Of a stretch of DNA of 64,000 nt, positions 1-8,231 are shown piece by piece. The DNA is taken from NCBI GenBank assembly GCA_963668585.1, contig OY764869.1, positions 1,867,106 to 1,931,105 of the forward strand. The letters are read 5' to 3'. How positions within the stretch are numbered: the stretch's first letter is position 1; the number at the start of each line of letters is the position of its first letter. Source of the stretch: Dehalococcoidia bacterium (GTDB taxonomy: Bacteria > Chloroflexota > Dehalococcoidia > Lucifugimonadales > UBA3495). The notes beneath the pieces are model-generated. The model had not been told where the DNA came from. It searched no databases and saw only the letters and a list, made by a program, of their open reading frames with translations. The position numbers and the translations under genes are program-made.

Positions 1-1
1 G

Positions 2-94
2 CCCCACAGCAAGGTCATGCGCTCCATTGAGTTGTTCGCCACCGAGGTCATGCCCCACTTCCAGGACGCGCCGGTGGCAACGTCAGCGGACTGA
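2..94 (+). CDS. 3' end of a gene truncated by the window edge; the tail resembles LLM/luciferase-like flavin-dependent oxidoreductases
   Basis: Frame 2 reads ...PHSKVMRSIELFATEVMPHFQDAPVATSAD, then TGA at 92-94. A SIELFA-EVMPHF-type C-terminus is typical of LLM-class enzymes. A terminator hairpin follows. Confidence 0.5.
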   Translation, partial: PHSKVMRSIELFATEVMPHFQDAPVATSAD

Positions 95-138
95 TTCCGC
101 TGCAACAACGCGTCCACGCATCCGCTTACGGTGCGCGT

Positions 139-176
139 CGCCGGGCCCGGTCAGCCGGCCCGGCGGCGCGGTTTTT
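139..176 (+). terminator. Rho-independent terminator candidate
   Basis: 9-bp GC stem CGCCGGGCC (139-147) / GGCCCGGCG (157-165), followed by a TTTTT run at 172-176. Confidence 0.6.
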
Positions 177-205
177 GTGCGGCAAGGGAAGGAGCGGACG
201 CATCG

Positions 206-335
206 GGGCCATTCGATTATCCCGGCAAAAGGCAATTGCTGATGTCGGAACGGTTCGCTGCTCACCGTCCGCTCGTCCTTCGACAGGCTCAGGATGAGCG
301 GGCTACCTAATCAATGGTCAATAGTCCAATGGCCC
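206..335 (+). repeat. Copy A of a ~130-nt TIR-bearing intergenic repeat element (MITE/REP-like)
   Basis: Ends GGCCATTCGATTAT (207-220) and ATAGTCCAATGGCC (321-334) are inverted repeats. The central hairpin is CCGCTCGTCCT / loop TCGACAGGCTC / AGGATGAGCGG (269-301). It aligns along its whole length with copies at 31837-31967 and 63111-63240. Confidence 0.8.
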
Positions 336-376
336 TGGCGGACGCAAAGCTGCCCCCGTCCTGTGCGCCGGCGCTC

Positions 377-385
377 TGATAGAAT
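377..385 (+). promoter_or_regulatory. Extended -10 promoter candidate (TGaTAGAAT)
   Basis: TGATAGAAT lies 62 nt upstream of ATG 447. No convincing -35 is present. The hexamer starts 50 nt after the AATGG anchor of repeat copy A, the same register as at copies C and D. Confidence 0.4.
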
Positions 386-446
386 GACGCTTGCCAGTCC
401 GGCGGCCGGGCGTGGCACAACAGGACGCGACAGGAGATTTTTGACT

Positions 447-1385
447 ATGGCAAAAGTGGGATTTATCGGCCTGGGGACCATGGGCGCCAGCATGGCCTAC
501 AACTGTCTCCAGGGCGGCAACGACATGGTTGTCCATGACATACGCCGGGAATCCGCCACGCAGCACCTGGAAGCGGGCGCACAGTGGGCCGACACGCCTC
601 GCGAGGTCGCGGAGGCCTCGGACGTGGTGTTCACCTCGCTGCCGGGTCCGGTGGAAGTCGAGGCGGTGTCGCTGGGTGAAGACGGGATCATGTCCGGCAT
701 GGTGGCGGGCAAGACCTATTTCGACCTCAGCACAAGCTCACCGACCCTGATCCGGCAGATCCACGACCGGGTCGCCGCCCAGGGCATCAACGTACTGGAC
801 GCGCCCGTTAGCGGCGGCCCCGCCGGCGCGGCCAGCGGTCGCCTGGCCATCTGGGTCGGCGGCGACAGGGCGGTGTTCGACCAGCACAAGGCGGTCCTGG
901 ATTCCATCGGCGACGCGGCCTACTACGTGGGACCCATCGGCAGCGGCGCCGTGGCCAAGTTGGTGCACAACTGCGCCGGCTACATCGTGCAGACCGCGCT
1001 GGCCGAGGTGTTCACCATGGGCATCAAGGCGGGCGTTGACCCGCTGGCGCTGTGGCTCGCCGTACGCAAGGGCGCGGGCGGACGCCGGGGAATGTTCGAA
1101 GGGCTGGCGCAGCACTTCCTGATCAACGACTACGACCCGCCGGACTTCGCGCTGCGCCTGGCCCGCAAGGACGTTGACCTTGCCGTGGCCGTGGGCCGCG
1201 AGTTCGACGTGCCCATGAAGTTGGCCAACACCACGCTGGCCGAGATGACCGAGGCCCTGAACCGTGGATGGGCGGGCCGCGACTCGCGCGTCGCCATGCT
1301 GCTCCAAGAGGAACGCGCGGGCGTGGAGGTAGAGGTTGACCCGGAAGACATCCGCCGCGCGCTGGAAGCAGAGCAGGGGGGCTAG
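447..1385 (+). CDS. NAD(P)-dependent oxidoreductase, 3-hydroxyisobutyrate/6-phosphogluconate dehydrogenase-like family
   Basis: N-terminal Rossmann motif MAKVGFIGLGTMG, then DAPVSGG and KLVHN motifs. AGGAG RBS at 432-436. The track ORF start at 294 runs across the repeat element and was trimmed. Confidence 0.9.
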   Translation: MAKVGFIGLGTMGASMAYNCLQGGNDMVVHDIRRESATQHLEAGAQWADTPREVAEASDVVFTSLPGPVEVEAVSLGEDGIMSGMVAGKTYFDLSTSSPTLIRQIHDRVAAQGINVLDAPVSGGPAGAASGRLAIWVGGDRAVFDQHKAVLDSIGDAAYYVGPIGSGAVAKLVHNCAGYIVQTALAEVFTMGIKAGVDPLALWLAVRKGAGGRRGMFEGLAQHFLINDYDPPDFALRLARKDVDLAVAVGREFDVPMKLANTTLAEMTEALNRGWAGRDSRVAMLLQEERAGVEVEVDPEDIRRALEAEQGG

Positions 1386-1415
1386 GCAGCCGGGGGATCC
1401 GCAGCGCTTGGAAAA

Positions 1416-1448
1416 GAGGGCGGTTCAAACGAGCCGCCCTCCGTTTTT
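1416..1448. terminator. Bidirectional rho-independent terminator between convergent genes
   Basis: Stem GAGGGCGG (1416-1423) / CCGCCCTC (1434-1441), with TTTTT at 1444-1448 on the plus strand and an A-run upstream that serves the minus strand. Confidence 0.75.
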
Positions 1449-1463
1449 GCCAATCCGCTTTTG

Positions 1464-2939
1464 CTAATCCGCGGCCTCCGCGGGTTCCCAGCGGAGGACG
1501 GGCCGTCTTGCCGCCGTGGCTTCGTCGAGGCGGGATACCGGCGTGGTGTGCGGGGCATGCTGCACCAGTTCCGGTTGGGTCGTCGCTTCGGCATCGATGG
1601 CCCTCAGCGCGTCGATGAAAGCGTCCAGCGTTTCCTTGGTCTCGGACTCGGTGGGTTCAATCATCAGCGCTTCGTGGACGATCAGCGGGAAGTACATGGT
1701 CGGCGCGTGGAACCCGTAGTCGAGCAGACGCTTGGCGACTTCCAGGCCGCTGACACCGCGTTCGCGTTGCCGGTCGGCGGAGAACACCACCTCGTGCATG
1801 CAGGTGCGGTCGTAGGGCAGAGCGTAGATGTCCTTCAGTTCGTGCATGATGTAGTTGGCGTTCAGCACGGCGTTGCCGCTGATTGACAGCAGGCCGGCCG
1901 CGCCCAACGTGCGAATGTAGGTGTAGGCACGCACCAGGACGCCGAAGTTGCCGTGGAATCCGCTGATCTTGCCGATGCTCTGGTCCGGTTCGGAGAGGAT
2001 GAACTCGCCGCTTTCGGTGCGCTCGACCACCGGAGCGGCCAGGTAGGGCGCGAGGATCTCGCCGCAGCAAACTGGGCCGGCCCCGGGGCCGCCGCCACCG
2101 TGGGGCGTGCTGAAGGTCTTGTGCAGGTTGAGGTGGCACACGTCGAATCCCAACTCGCCCAGCTTGGCGCGACCCAGGAGGGCGTTCATGTTGGCGCCGT
2201 CGCCGTACACCAGTCCGCCGCAGTCGTGGACGATCTGGCATACCTCGATAATGTGGCTGTCGAACAGGCCCAAGGTGCTGGGGAGCGTGATCATGACGCC
2301 GGCCAGATCATCACCGGCCAGTTCGCGAAGGGCGTCCAGATCGGTGTTGCCGTCGGCGTCTGAGGGGATGGTCACCACGTCGAAACCGGCCATGGCTGCT
2401 GAGGCGGGGTTGGTGCCGTGCGCGCTGTCGGGAATCCCCATCTTGGTGCGTCCCGAGTCGCCGCGAGCCAGGTGGTACGCGCGCATCATCAGGACGCCGG
2501 CCAGTTCGCCGTGAGCGCCGGCCAGGGTGGCCAGGCTGGTGGCGTCCATGCCAGTAACTTCCGTGAGGAAGTCCTGCAATCGGTACAGCAGATCCAGCGC
2601 GCCCTGCGACTGCTCGGCCGGCTGCTGCGGGTGAATGCCCGCGAACCCAGGGAGGAACGCCACCTCGTCGTTGATTTTGGGGTTGTACTTCATGGTGCAG
2701 GAACCCAGGGGATAGAAGTGGGTGTCGATGCTGAAGTTCAACTGGCTCAGCGAGGTGAAGTACTGCACTACCTCAGGCTCCGAAACCTCGGGCAGGGGCA
2801 GGGATTCGCGCACGTAGGCAGCGTCGGGCAACGGGGCGGCAGGCACGTCCAGCGACGGGGTGATTACGCCCAGGCGTCCGGTCACGCTGCGGTCCATTAG
2901 CATCCTGGTGGTGTCGCGGTTTCCGCCTTTGTTCAGCAT
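1464..2939 (-). CDS. gcvPB: Glycine dehydrogenase (aminomethyl-transferring) subunit 2, P-protein C-terminal half
   Basis: 491 aa with hallmark GcvPB blocks (FYPLGSCTMKYNP, NLHKTFSTPHGGGGPG). Confidence 0.95.
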   Translation of the reverse strand: MLNKGGNRDTTRMLMDRSVTGRLGVITPSLDVPAAPLPDAAYVRESLPLPEVSEPEVVQYFTSLSQLNFSIDTHFYPLGSCTMKYNPKINDEVAFLPGFAGIHPQQPAEQSQGALDLLYRLQDFLTEVTGMDATSLATLAGAHGELAGVLMMRAYHLARGDSGRTKMGIPDSAHGTNPASAAMAGFDVVTIPSDADGNTDLDALRELAGDDLAGVMITLPSTLGLFDSHIIEVCQIVHDCGGLVYGDGANMNALLGRAKLGELGFDVCHLNLHKTFSTPHGGGGPGAGPVCCGEILAPYLAAPVVERTESGEFILSEPDQSIGKISGFHGNFGVLVRAYTYIRTLGAAGLLSISGNAVLNANYIMHELKDIYALPYDRTCMHEVVFSADRQRERGVSGLEVAKRLLDYGFHAPTMYFPLIVHEALMIEPTESETKETLDAFIDALRAIDAEATTQPELVQHAPHTTPVSRLDEATAARRPVLRWEPAEAAD

Positions 2940-3090
2940 TTCGTGTTTTGTCTCCGGGGGAGTATGTTCAAATGATGGAAGGGGTGGTCGATCAAATCAG
3001 TTTGGTGTCCGGCGAAACGGACGGGGCAGTTGGTTCGCGGGTCCGTCCGAGTTCGGATTTGTGTGAGGTGATCATCATGATGCCATTCGT

Positions 3091-3657
3091 TCACCTGCCG
3101 TTGGTTCGGCATAGCATTCCCCAGATGCGGCCGGCCTGTCCGGACGTGTAGAGGATGAATACCGCCACCATGACGGCGATGCCGCACAAGTAGGGCACGG
3201 GTCCGCCCCAGTCAAATATCAGCGGACTGCCCAGGACCACCCATAGCGCCAGCGACACGGCCGCGTACACGGCAAGGCGCAAATACACCTTGCGTCGGAT
3301 GAAGCGTTCACTCTCCTGGCGGGCCTCCTCATCGGTGGCTCCGTCGAGTTTCGCCAGGTGGATCCTCGAATAGCGGATGACCTTCGCCATCGCCCAGACG
3401 CTCATCACGGATACGGCGCAGACGGCCAGCAGGATTGCGACGGAGGCGGCGGTTATCGACCAACGGGCGGTTTCGGACTTTGGAAACCAGTCGGCCCTGC
3501 TCAGGAACAGCAACGCCATCAGCACTATCACGACGCCCATCATTGCGGCGAGAGCCGCGATGGGATGCACGGACACGCCCAAGATGCGGACACGGGGGTT
3601 ATCCGTGGCCTCCATGTCCTCCCAGTCGTCGAGGTAGCTGGTGCGCAGGCGACGCAT
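3091..3657 (-). CDS. Hypothetical integral membrane protein (about 4 TM helices) between gcvPA and gcvPB
   Basis: 188-aa ORF with four long hydrophobic segments (e.g. IAALAAMMGVVIVLMALLFL, LRLAVYAAVSLALWVVLGSPLIF). It lies on the same strand 16 nt downstream of the gcvPA stop. I recognise no family. Confidence 0.55.
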   Translation of the reverse strand: MRRLRTSYLDDWEDMEATDNPRVRILGVSVHPIAALAAMMGVVIVLMALLFLSRADWFPKSETARWSITAASVAILLAVCAVSVMSVWAMAKVIRYSRIHLAKLDGATDEEARQESERFIRRKVYLRLAVYAAVSLALWVVLGSPLIFDWGGPVPYLCGIAVMVAVFILYTSGQAGRIWGMLCRTNGR

Positions 3658-3672
3658 GGGGGAACCGTCCCG

Positions 3673-4998
3673 TTACCCGATTTCCGCCAGGGCGGCGACC
3701 AGAGCATCGATTTCGGCGCGAGTATTCATCTCGGTGACGCAGAGCAGCATACCGTTGTCGTAACGGTCGCTCACGTCCAGGCCGCCCAGGATGTTGCGTT
3801 CCATCAGTTGGCGGTTGACCTTGGCTGGGGCCGTGGGACAGGTGACCACGAATTCCTGGAAGAACTCTCCGGACTGTGGCCTCGAATAGCCGTCCAGGTT
3901 GGCGATGGCGTTGGCGGCGTAGTGGGCTTTGTGGTAGCAAAGCTCCGCGACCTCGCGCAAACCATGCCGTCCCATGGCTGCCAGGTATATCGACGATGCC
4001 AGGGCGTAGAGGGCTTCGTTGGTGCAGATGTTGGACGTGGCGCGCTCGCGGCGAATGTGCTGTTCGCGAGTCTGCAGAGTGAGGACGTAACCGGTACGGC
4101 CCTCGGTATCAGTGGTGCGCCCCACCAGTCGGCTGGGCATCTGGCGGATGTACTGCTGCTTGCAGCTGAAGAGTCCCAGGTACGGCCCTCCGAAGGACGG
4201 CGGTATGCCCAGCGGCTGGCCTTCGCCCGTCACGATGTCGGCGCCGAAATCGCCGGGCGGGGTGAGCATACCCATGGCCAGCGGGTCGGCGGACACCACC
4301 AGCAGGGCGCCGTCGGCGTGCGCGGCTTGGCCCAGTCCCCTGAGGTCGTCCAGTTCACCGTAGAAATTCGGATACTGGGCGACGATGCCGGCGGTGGCTT
4401 CGGTGACGGCGGCGCCGGCATGCTCGGCGGGCACGATGTCAAGGGTGATGCCCTGCGCCTGGCAGTAAGTGGCAATGACCTGGCGATAAGCGGGCGCCAC
4501 GGTGTCGGCGACGATGACCTGTTGGCGTCGCGTGACGCGGCAGGCCATCAGGACGGCCTCGGCGACGCTGGTTGCGCCGTCATACATACCGGCATTGGCG
4601 ACCTCCATTCCATAGAGGGCGCTGATCATGGTCTGGAACTCGAAGATCACCTGCAGCGTGCCCTGGGAAACCTCGGGCTGGTAGGGCGTGTAGGCGGTGA
4701 GGAACTCGCCACGGGTCATGATGGCCTTGACGATTGACGGGATGAAGTGATGGTAGGAGCCGGCGCCAAGGAACGACGGCCCGCTGGCGAGGGAGCGGTT
4801 GCGGCCGGCCAGTTCGCCCAGTTCCCGCTGGATTTCAAGCTCCGACATGGGCGGCGGAAGCTCCAGCGTGGGATTGCGGAAACTGTCCGGAATGTCCACA
4901 AACAGGTCGTCGATGTTCTGGAGACCGATGGCGGCCAACAGATCGTCCTGCTCAGCGGAGGTGTTGGGGATGTAGTGAGACTGGAAGTTAGTGACCAT
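3673..4998 (-). CDS. gcvPA: Glycine dehydrogenase (aminomethyl-transferring) subunit 1, P-protein N-terminal half
   Basis: 441 aa with typical GcvPA sequence (FLGAGSYHHFIPS, TAYTPYQPEVSQGTLQ). Confidence 0.95.
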   Translation of the reverse strand: MVTNFQSHYIPNTSAEQDDLLAAIGLQNIDDLFVDIPDSFRNPTLELPPPMSELEIQRELGELAGRNRSLASGPSFLGAGSYHHFIPSIVKAIMTRGEFLTAYTPYQPEVSQGTLQVIFEFQTMISALYGMEVANAGMYDGATSVAEAVLMACRVTRRQQVIVADTVAPAYRQVIATYCQAQGITLDIVPAEHAGAAVTEATAGIVAQYPNFYGELDDLRGLGQAAHADGALLVVSADPLAMGMLTPPGDFGADIVTGEGQPLGIPPSFGGPYLGLFSCKQQYIRQMPSRLVGRTTDTEGRTGYVLTLQTREQHIRRERATSNICTNEALYALASSIYLAAMGRHGLREVAELCYHKAHYAANAIANLDGYSRPQSGEFFQEFVVTCPTAPAKVNRQLMERNILGGLDVSDRYDNGMLLCVTEMNTRAEIDALVAALAEIG

Positions 4999-5221
4999 TG
5001 GGAGTGTCGCTCCGTGGGGAGAAAGTCAGTGGGAGTCCAATATATGCTGCATTTTATCGGCAAACAGGGGAAAATGCCGCGCGACGTTTCGAATTGTCGT
5101 TGTCGGCCATTATGCCATCATAAAGTTGGCATGGAGTTTTTCCATATCACCGGACCGGTGCGGTTGATCAGGGTCGTCGGGGCGGCGGACGGGCGCCGGC
5201 GCCGCGTTGACCATACCACGT

Positions 5222-6418
5222 TCAGGCCAGGACGCGGTAACGGTAGCTGGATTCCAGCAGGTCGCCTTCGGCGAATCGGGTGAAGCGCAGAGGGGAGAGG
5301 TCTACGTCGCGGGCGCGACCCTCCACCACCAGTTCGGCGACAGACTTGCCGATGGCCGGGGAAAGCTTGAACCCGTGCCCACTGAAACCGATGGCACAAT
5401 ATAGTCCGGGTATGCTTGGAACCGCGTCCAGTATGGGGTGCCAGTCGGGCGTGGTGGTGAACAGGCCGGACCAACCGCCGCGGTAGTATGCGTCAGCCAT
5501 GCCGGGGACTCGGCGGGCCAGTTTGGCCCGAGCCGATGCCGCCTCCGCAATGTCCACACCCTGAGGATACGCTTCCGGGTCGGACTGCTCGTCGTCGTCG
5601 CCGAAGCCCATGGTGGTGAAATTGGAGCCGTCGGGCCGGAATGAGAAGGACTGGCTGATGTCGCCAACCGTTGGATGGTGCGGCACCACCTCCACGGGAC
5701 GGGCCACGGTGGCAACCTGGTGGCGCACCGGAACGAGGGGAGCATCGACGCCCACGCCGGCAAGCACCTGCCTGGACCACGGACCGGCCGCGACTATGAC
5801 GGTATCGGTGGCTATGCGGTCGCCGTTTGCCAGGACAACGGCCTGCGCGCGCCCGCTGCTGGTATCAATCCCCGAGGCAGGGCTGCGGGTTACGATCCGG
5901 GCACCAGCCTCCTGGGCTCGGGCGGCGTAGGAAACGGTGACCTGGTAGGGATCGGCGTAGCCGGATTCCGGTTCCCAGGCGGCCCGCTCGTCATCGTAAA
6001 GAGTCACCATGGGGGCCAGGCGGGCCAGGTCGTCCCCGGACACCAAAGAGGACGGCACCCCCAACTCCTGCTGCATGGCGACGTTGCGCTCCAGCCCTCC
6101 CTGGTCTGCTTCGTTGACCACCACGAGATAGCCGGTATTCACGAAGCCTGAAGTGCCGCCGACTCTGGCATCAAAATCCGCAAAGACCTGCAGGCTCTGC
6201 CACGCCAGTTCGGTGGTTATGGGGTTTGAGTAGTGCATCCGGCAGATGGCCTGGGAGCGGCCGGTGCTGCCGGAACCGAGCACGTCGCGTTCCAAGAGGA
6301 CGGTGTTGGATACGCCAAGCTGGGCCAGATGGTACTGGATCGCACAGCCGATAACGCCGCCGCCGATAATGACGGCGTCGGCGGTTTGAGCGGCGGATCG
6401 GGCGGGGTTACTCGCCAT
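5222..6418 (-). CDS. FAD-dependent oxidoreductase, DAO family (sarcosine oxidase beta / glycine oxidase-like)
   Basis: N-terminal dinucleotide fold DAVIIGGGVIGCAIQYHL. The 398-aa length and C-terminal GFSGHGFKLSPAIG block are typical of DAO-family enzymes. Confidence 0.88.
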   Translation of the reverse strand: MASNPARSAAQTADAVIIGGGVIGCAIQYHLAQLGVSNTVLLERDVLGSGSTGRSQAICRMHYSNPITTELAWQSLQVFADFDARVGGTSGFVNTGYLVVVNEADQGGLERNVAMQQELGVPSSLVSGDDLARLAPMVTLYDDERAAWEPESGYADPYQVTVSYAARAQEAGARIVTRSPASGIDTSSGRAQAVVLANGDRIATDTVIVAAGPWSRQVLAGVGVDAPLVPVRHQVATVARPVEVVPHHPTVGDISQSFSFRPDGSNFTTMGFGDDDEQSDPEAYPQGVDIAEAASARAKLARRVPGMADAYYRGGWSGLFTTTPDWHPILDAVPSIPGLYCAIGFSGHGFKLSPAIGKSVAELVVEGRARDVDLSPLRFTRFAEGDLLESSYRYRVLA

Positions 6419-6848
6419 CTCCTTTCCAGGAGAGAACGCGTTTGACGCTGATCACAATGGAGACCAGTCGCTGATCGCCTTCGGTAAGTTCGGTGGCGTC
6501 TTCTTCGCCCCGTTCCGCGCCTTCGTAGCGGGAGAAGATGCTGCGCACCGTGTCCTTGATGTTTTCTTCGGTGACGGTGGCGTCGCCCTCAAGGATCACA
6601 TACTGGTAGGGCCACTCGTCGGTGGCAACGGATAATGACACCTTAGAGTTGCGGCGGACGTTCCGGGTTTTTACGGCCGATTCACCGGATACAACGGTTG
6701 CGATGCCGGTGTACGGCTGGCTGCCTGCTTCCCAACGATACCAGACCGGTGATATATGTGGCGCACCGCTCCGCCGAATCGAGGCGAAGTGGGCCACATG
6801 AGGGCCGGCAAGGTAATCGTCAACTTCCTGTGGAGTGAGCCGGGGCAT
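6408..6848 (-). CDS. PPOX-class (pyridoxamine 5'-phosphate oxidase-like) probable F420/FMN-binding protein
   Basis: 146 aa with the split-barrel family pattern (HVAHFASIRRSGAPHISPVWY...NVRRNSKVSLSV). It overlaps the downstream DAO gene start by 11 nt. Confidence 0.8.
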   Translation of the reverse strand: MPRLTPQEVDDYLAGPHVAHFASIRRSGAPHISPVWYRWEAGSQPYTGIATVVSGESAVKTRNVRRNSKVSLSVATDEWPYQYVILEGDATVTEENIKDTVRSIFSRYEGAERGEEDATELTEGDQRLVSIVISVKRVLSWKGDGE

Positions 6849-7023
6849 CAGAACCTCTAGCCATCGGGCCGCGGTGAAGTGGTTGGCCCGTGAGGCGGTG
6901 AATTGTCGCGAATATCATAACATATCGCCCCCCGCCGATTTGATGCGGCGAGTGTTCCCGAGGTGGGTCCGTGTCCATCGGATGGCCTATGCCCGGCGTC
7001 CGGGGTCATGATTGGCGAGCATG

Positions 7024-7140
7024 GTATTCGATTACCCGCGTAACCGGCCACCTGTGGGCAGAAGGATTCTTCGCGCGCTGTCCGCTCGTCCTTCGGCTGG
7101 CTCAACGGGGCTGATGGATGGAAATATCCGAAAGCTCCGG
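7024..7140 (+). repeat. Degenerate copy B of the intergenic repeat element
   Basis: GTATTCGATTACCCG left end, and GATTCTTCGCGCGCTGTCCGCTCGTCCTTCG aligning with the consensus GATTCCCTGCTCACCGTCCGCTCGTCCTTCG. The right arm of the hairpin and the right end are eroded. Confidence 0.45.
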
Positions 7141-7162
7141 TTGCCCTGAAAACTGGATGCGA

Positions 7163-7220
7163 GCGTGGCGGTAAGTTATTCTGACCGCCACGCCATCCGG
7201 TCTGGTTTCGGACCGGATGG
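7163..7220 (+). promoter_or_regulatory. Two abutting 10-bp hairpins in the 5' region of the Gfo/Idh/MocA gene
   Basis: GCGTGGCGGT (7163-7172) / ACCGCCACGC (7184-7193), immediately followed by CCATCCGGTC (7193-7202) / GACCGGATGG (7211-7220). They end 25 nt before the TTG start at 7245. Confidence 0.4.
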
Positions 7221-7244
7221 GATCCATTCGACGGCGGTGGCGCA

Positions 7245-8231
7245 TTGAGTCTCGGTCTTTGCATACTGGGTTGCGGTTCTTTTGCCAGGACGTTTGCCGA
7301 GTCAATCGGGCATCTGGACGGGGAAATTGACCTGTATTTCGCCAGTCGGGATTTGGTGAGGGCCAGGGAATACGCGGCAAGCCTGGGCGGGCTGGACGCA
7401 TTCGGGAGTTACGACGACGGAGCAGCCGACCCCAGGGTGGACGCCGTGTACATCTGCACGCCGCATCACCTGCACCGGGAGCACGTCGAACTGGCGGCCC
7501 GGCGGGGCAAGCATGTCCTGGTCGAAAAACCGATCGCGGGAACGCTGACCGACGCCGAGGACATCGTGCGAACCGCTCAATCAGCGGGCGTCAACCTGAT
7601 GGTGGCGGAAAACTACCGGTTTCTGCCGGCGGTGCGGGAGGCCAGGAACCTGGTGGATCAGGGTCGCCTGGGTCAACTGCGGCTCGTGCAGTTGCAGGAG
7701 CAGTATCCGTTCCGGCCGTCGGGTTGGCGCAATCAGGCGCACCTCAATGGGGGCGGCGTGTTGATTGACGGCGGGATACACAAGGTCAGCGCGCTGGCGT
7801 ACCTGTCGGGTCGGCCGAACCAGGTTTACGCCCGTAGGATTCTGCCGGGTCAGCCGGGCCTGGATGCAGAGGACGGAGTGGTGGTGGTGACCGGGTCCGA
7901 CCACGGTGTGGTGGGAGTGATCAATCATTCCTGGAGCGTCTCGCCGTCAGCGCCACACTCCTGGGTGTCCATTTCAGGGACCACCGGCAGCCTTTATTTC
8001 GAGGTTGGCCGGCCCCGGTTGCGATTCGACGACGGCGTCTCGCAAACCATTATTGAGGTGGAAGACCATGCCAACGGACTGGCGCCCATGGCGCGGGAGT
8101 TCCACCGCAGCATCGCAGAGGGACGTGAGCCGGCAATGACCGGACAGGAGGGCATCGCAGACCTTGCGCTGGTTCTTCAAGCGTATGAGTCGATAGAAAC
8201 AGGCCGGCCTGCCACCGTTCAAACGTTGTGA
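7245..8231 (+). CDS. Gfo/Idh/MocA family oxidoreductase
   Basis: N-terminal ILGCGSFAR Rossmann motif and an EKP motif (VLVEKPIA). 328 aa, TTG start. Confidence 0.88.
   Translation: MSLGLCILGCGSFARTFAESIGHLDGEIDLYFASRDLVRAREYAASLGGLDAFGSYDDGAADPRVDAVYICTPHHLHREHVELAARRGKHVLVEKPIAGTLTDAEDIVRTAQSAGVNLMVAENYRFLPAVREARNLVDQGRLGQLRLVQLQEQYPFRPSGWRNQAHLNGGGVLIDGGIHKVSALAYLSGRPNQVYARRILPGQPGLDAEDGVVVVTGSDHGVVGVINHSWSVSPSAPHSWVSISGTTGSLYFEVGRPRLRFDDGVSQTIIEVEDHANGLAPMAREFHRSIAEGREPAMTGQEGIADLALVLQAYESIETGRPATVQTL

Noticed and set aside
3358-4737. Long antisense ORFs opposite well-supported genes. Examples: 3358..4737 (+, 459 aa), 11329..12861 (-, 510 aa), 23536..24657 (-, 373 aa), 27386..28444 (-, 352 aa), 29634..30761 (-, 375 aa), 33719..34729 (-, 336 aa), 57659..58618 (+, 319 aa), 59330..60298 (+, 322 aa).
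   Set aside because: These are shadow ORFs typical of GC-rich DNA. They have Arg/Gly/His/Pro/Val-biased composition and no recognisable motifs, and each fully overlaps a gene with clear family signatures on the other strand.
5085-5115. A possible additional fragment of the repeat element (GTTTCGAATTGTCGTTGTCGGCCAT resembles the inverted right end GGCCATTCGATTATTGTCGG).
   Set aside because: Only about 15 loosely matching nt are present, with no hairpin core or second arm. It is too weak to call.
4999-5221. A glycine riboswitch upstream of gcvPA.
   Set aside because: The minus-strand leader lacks the GGAGAG...ACCGAAGGGGCAA-type conserved cores. I saw only unrelated A/T-rich promoter-like sequence.
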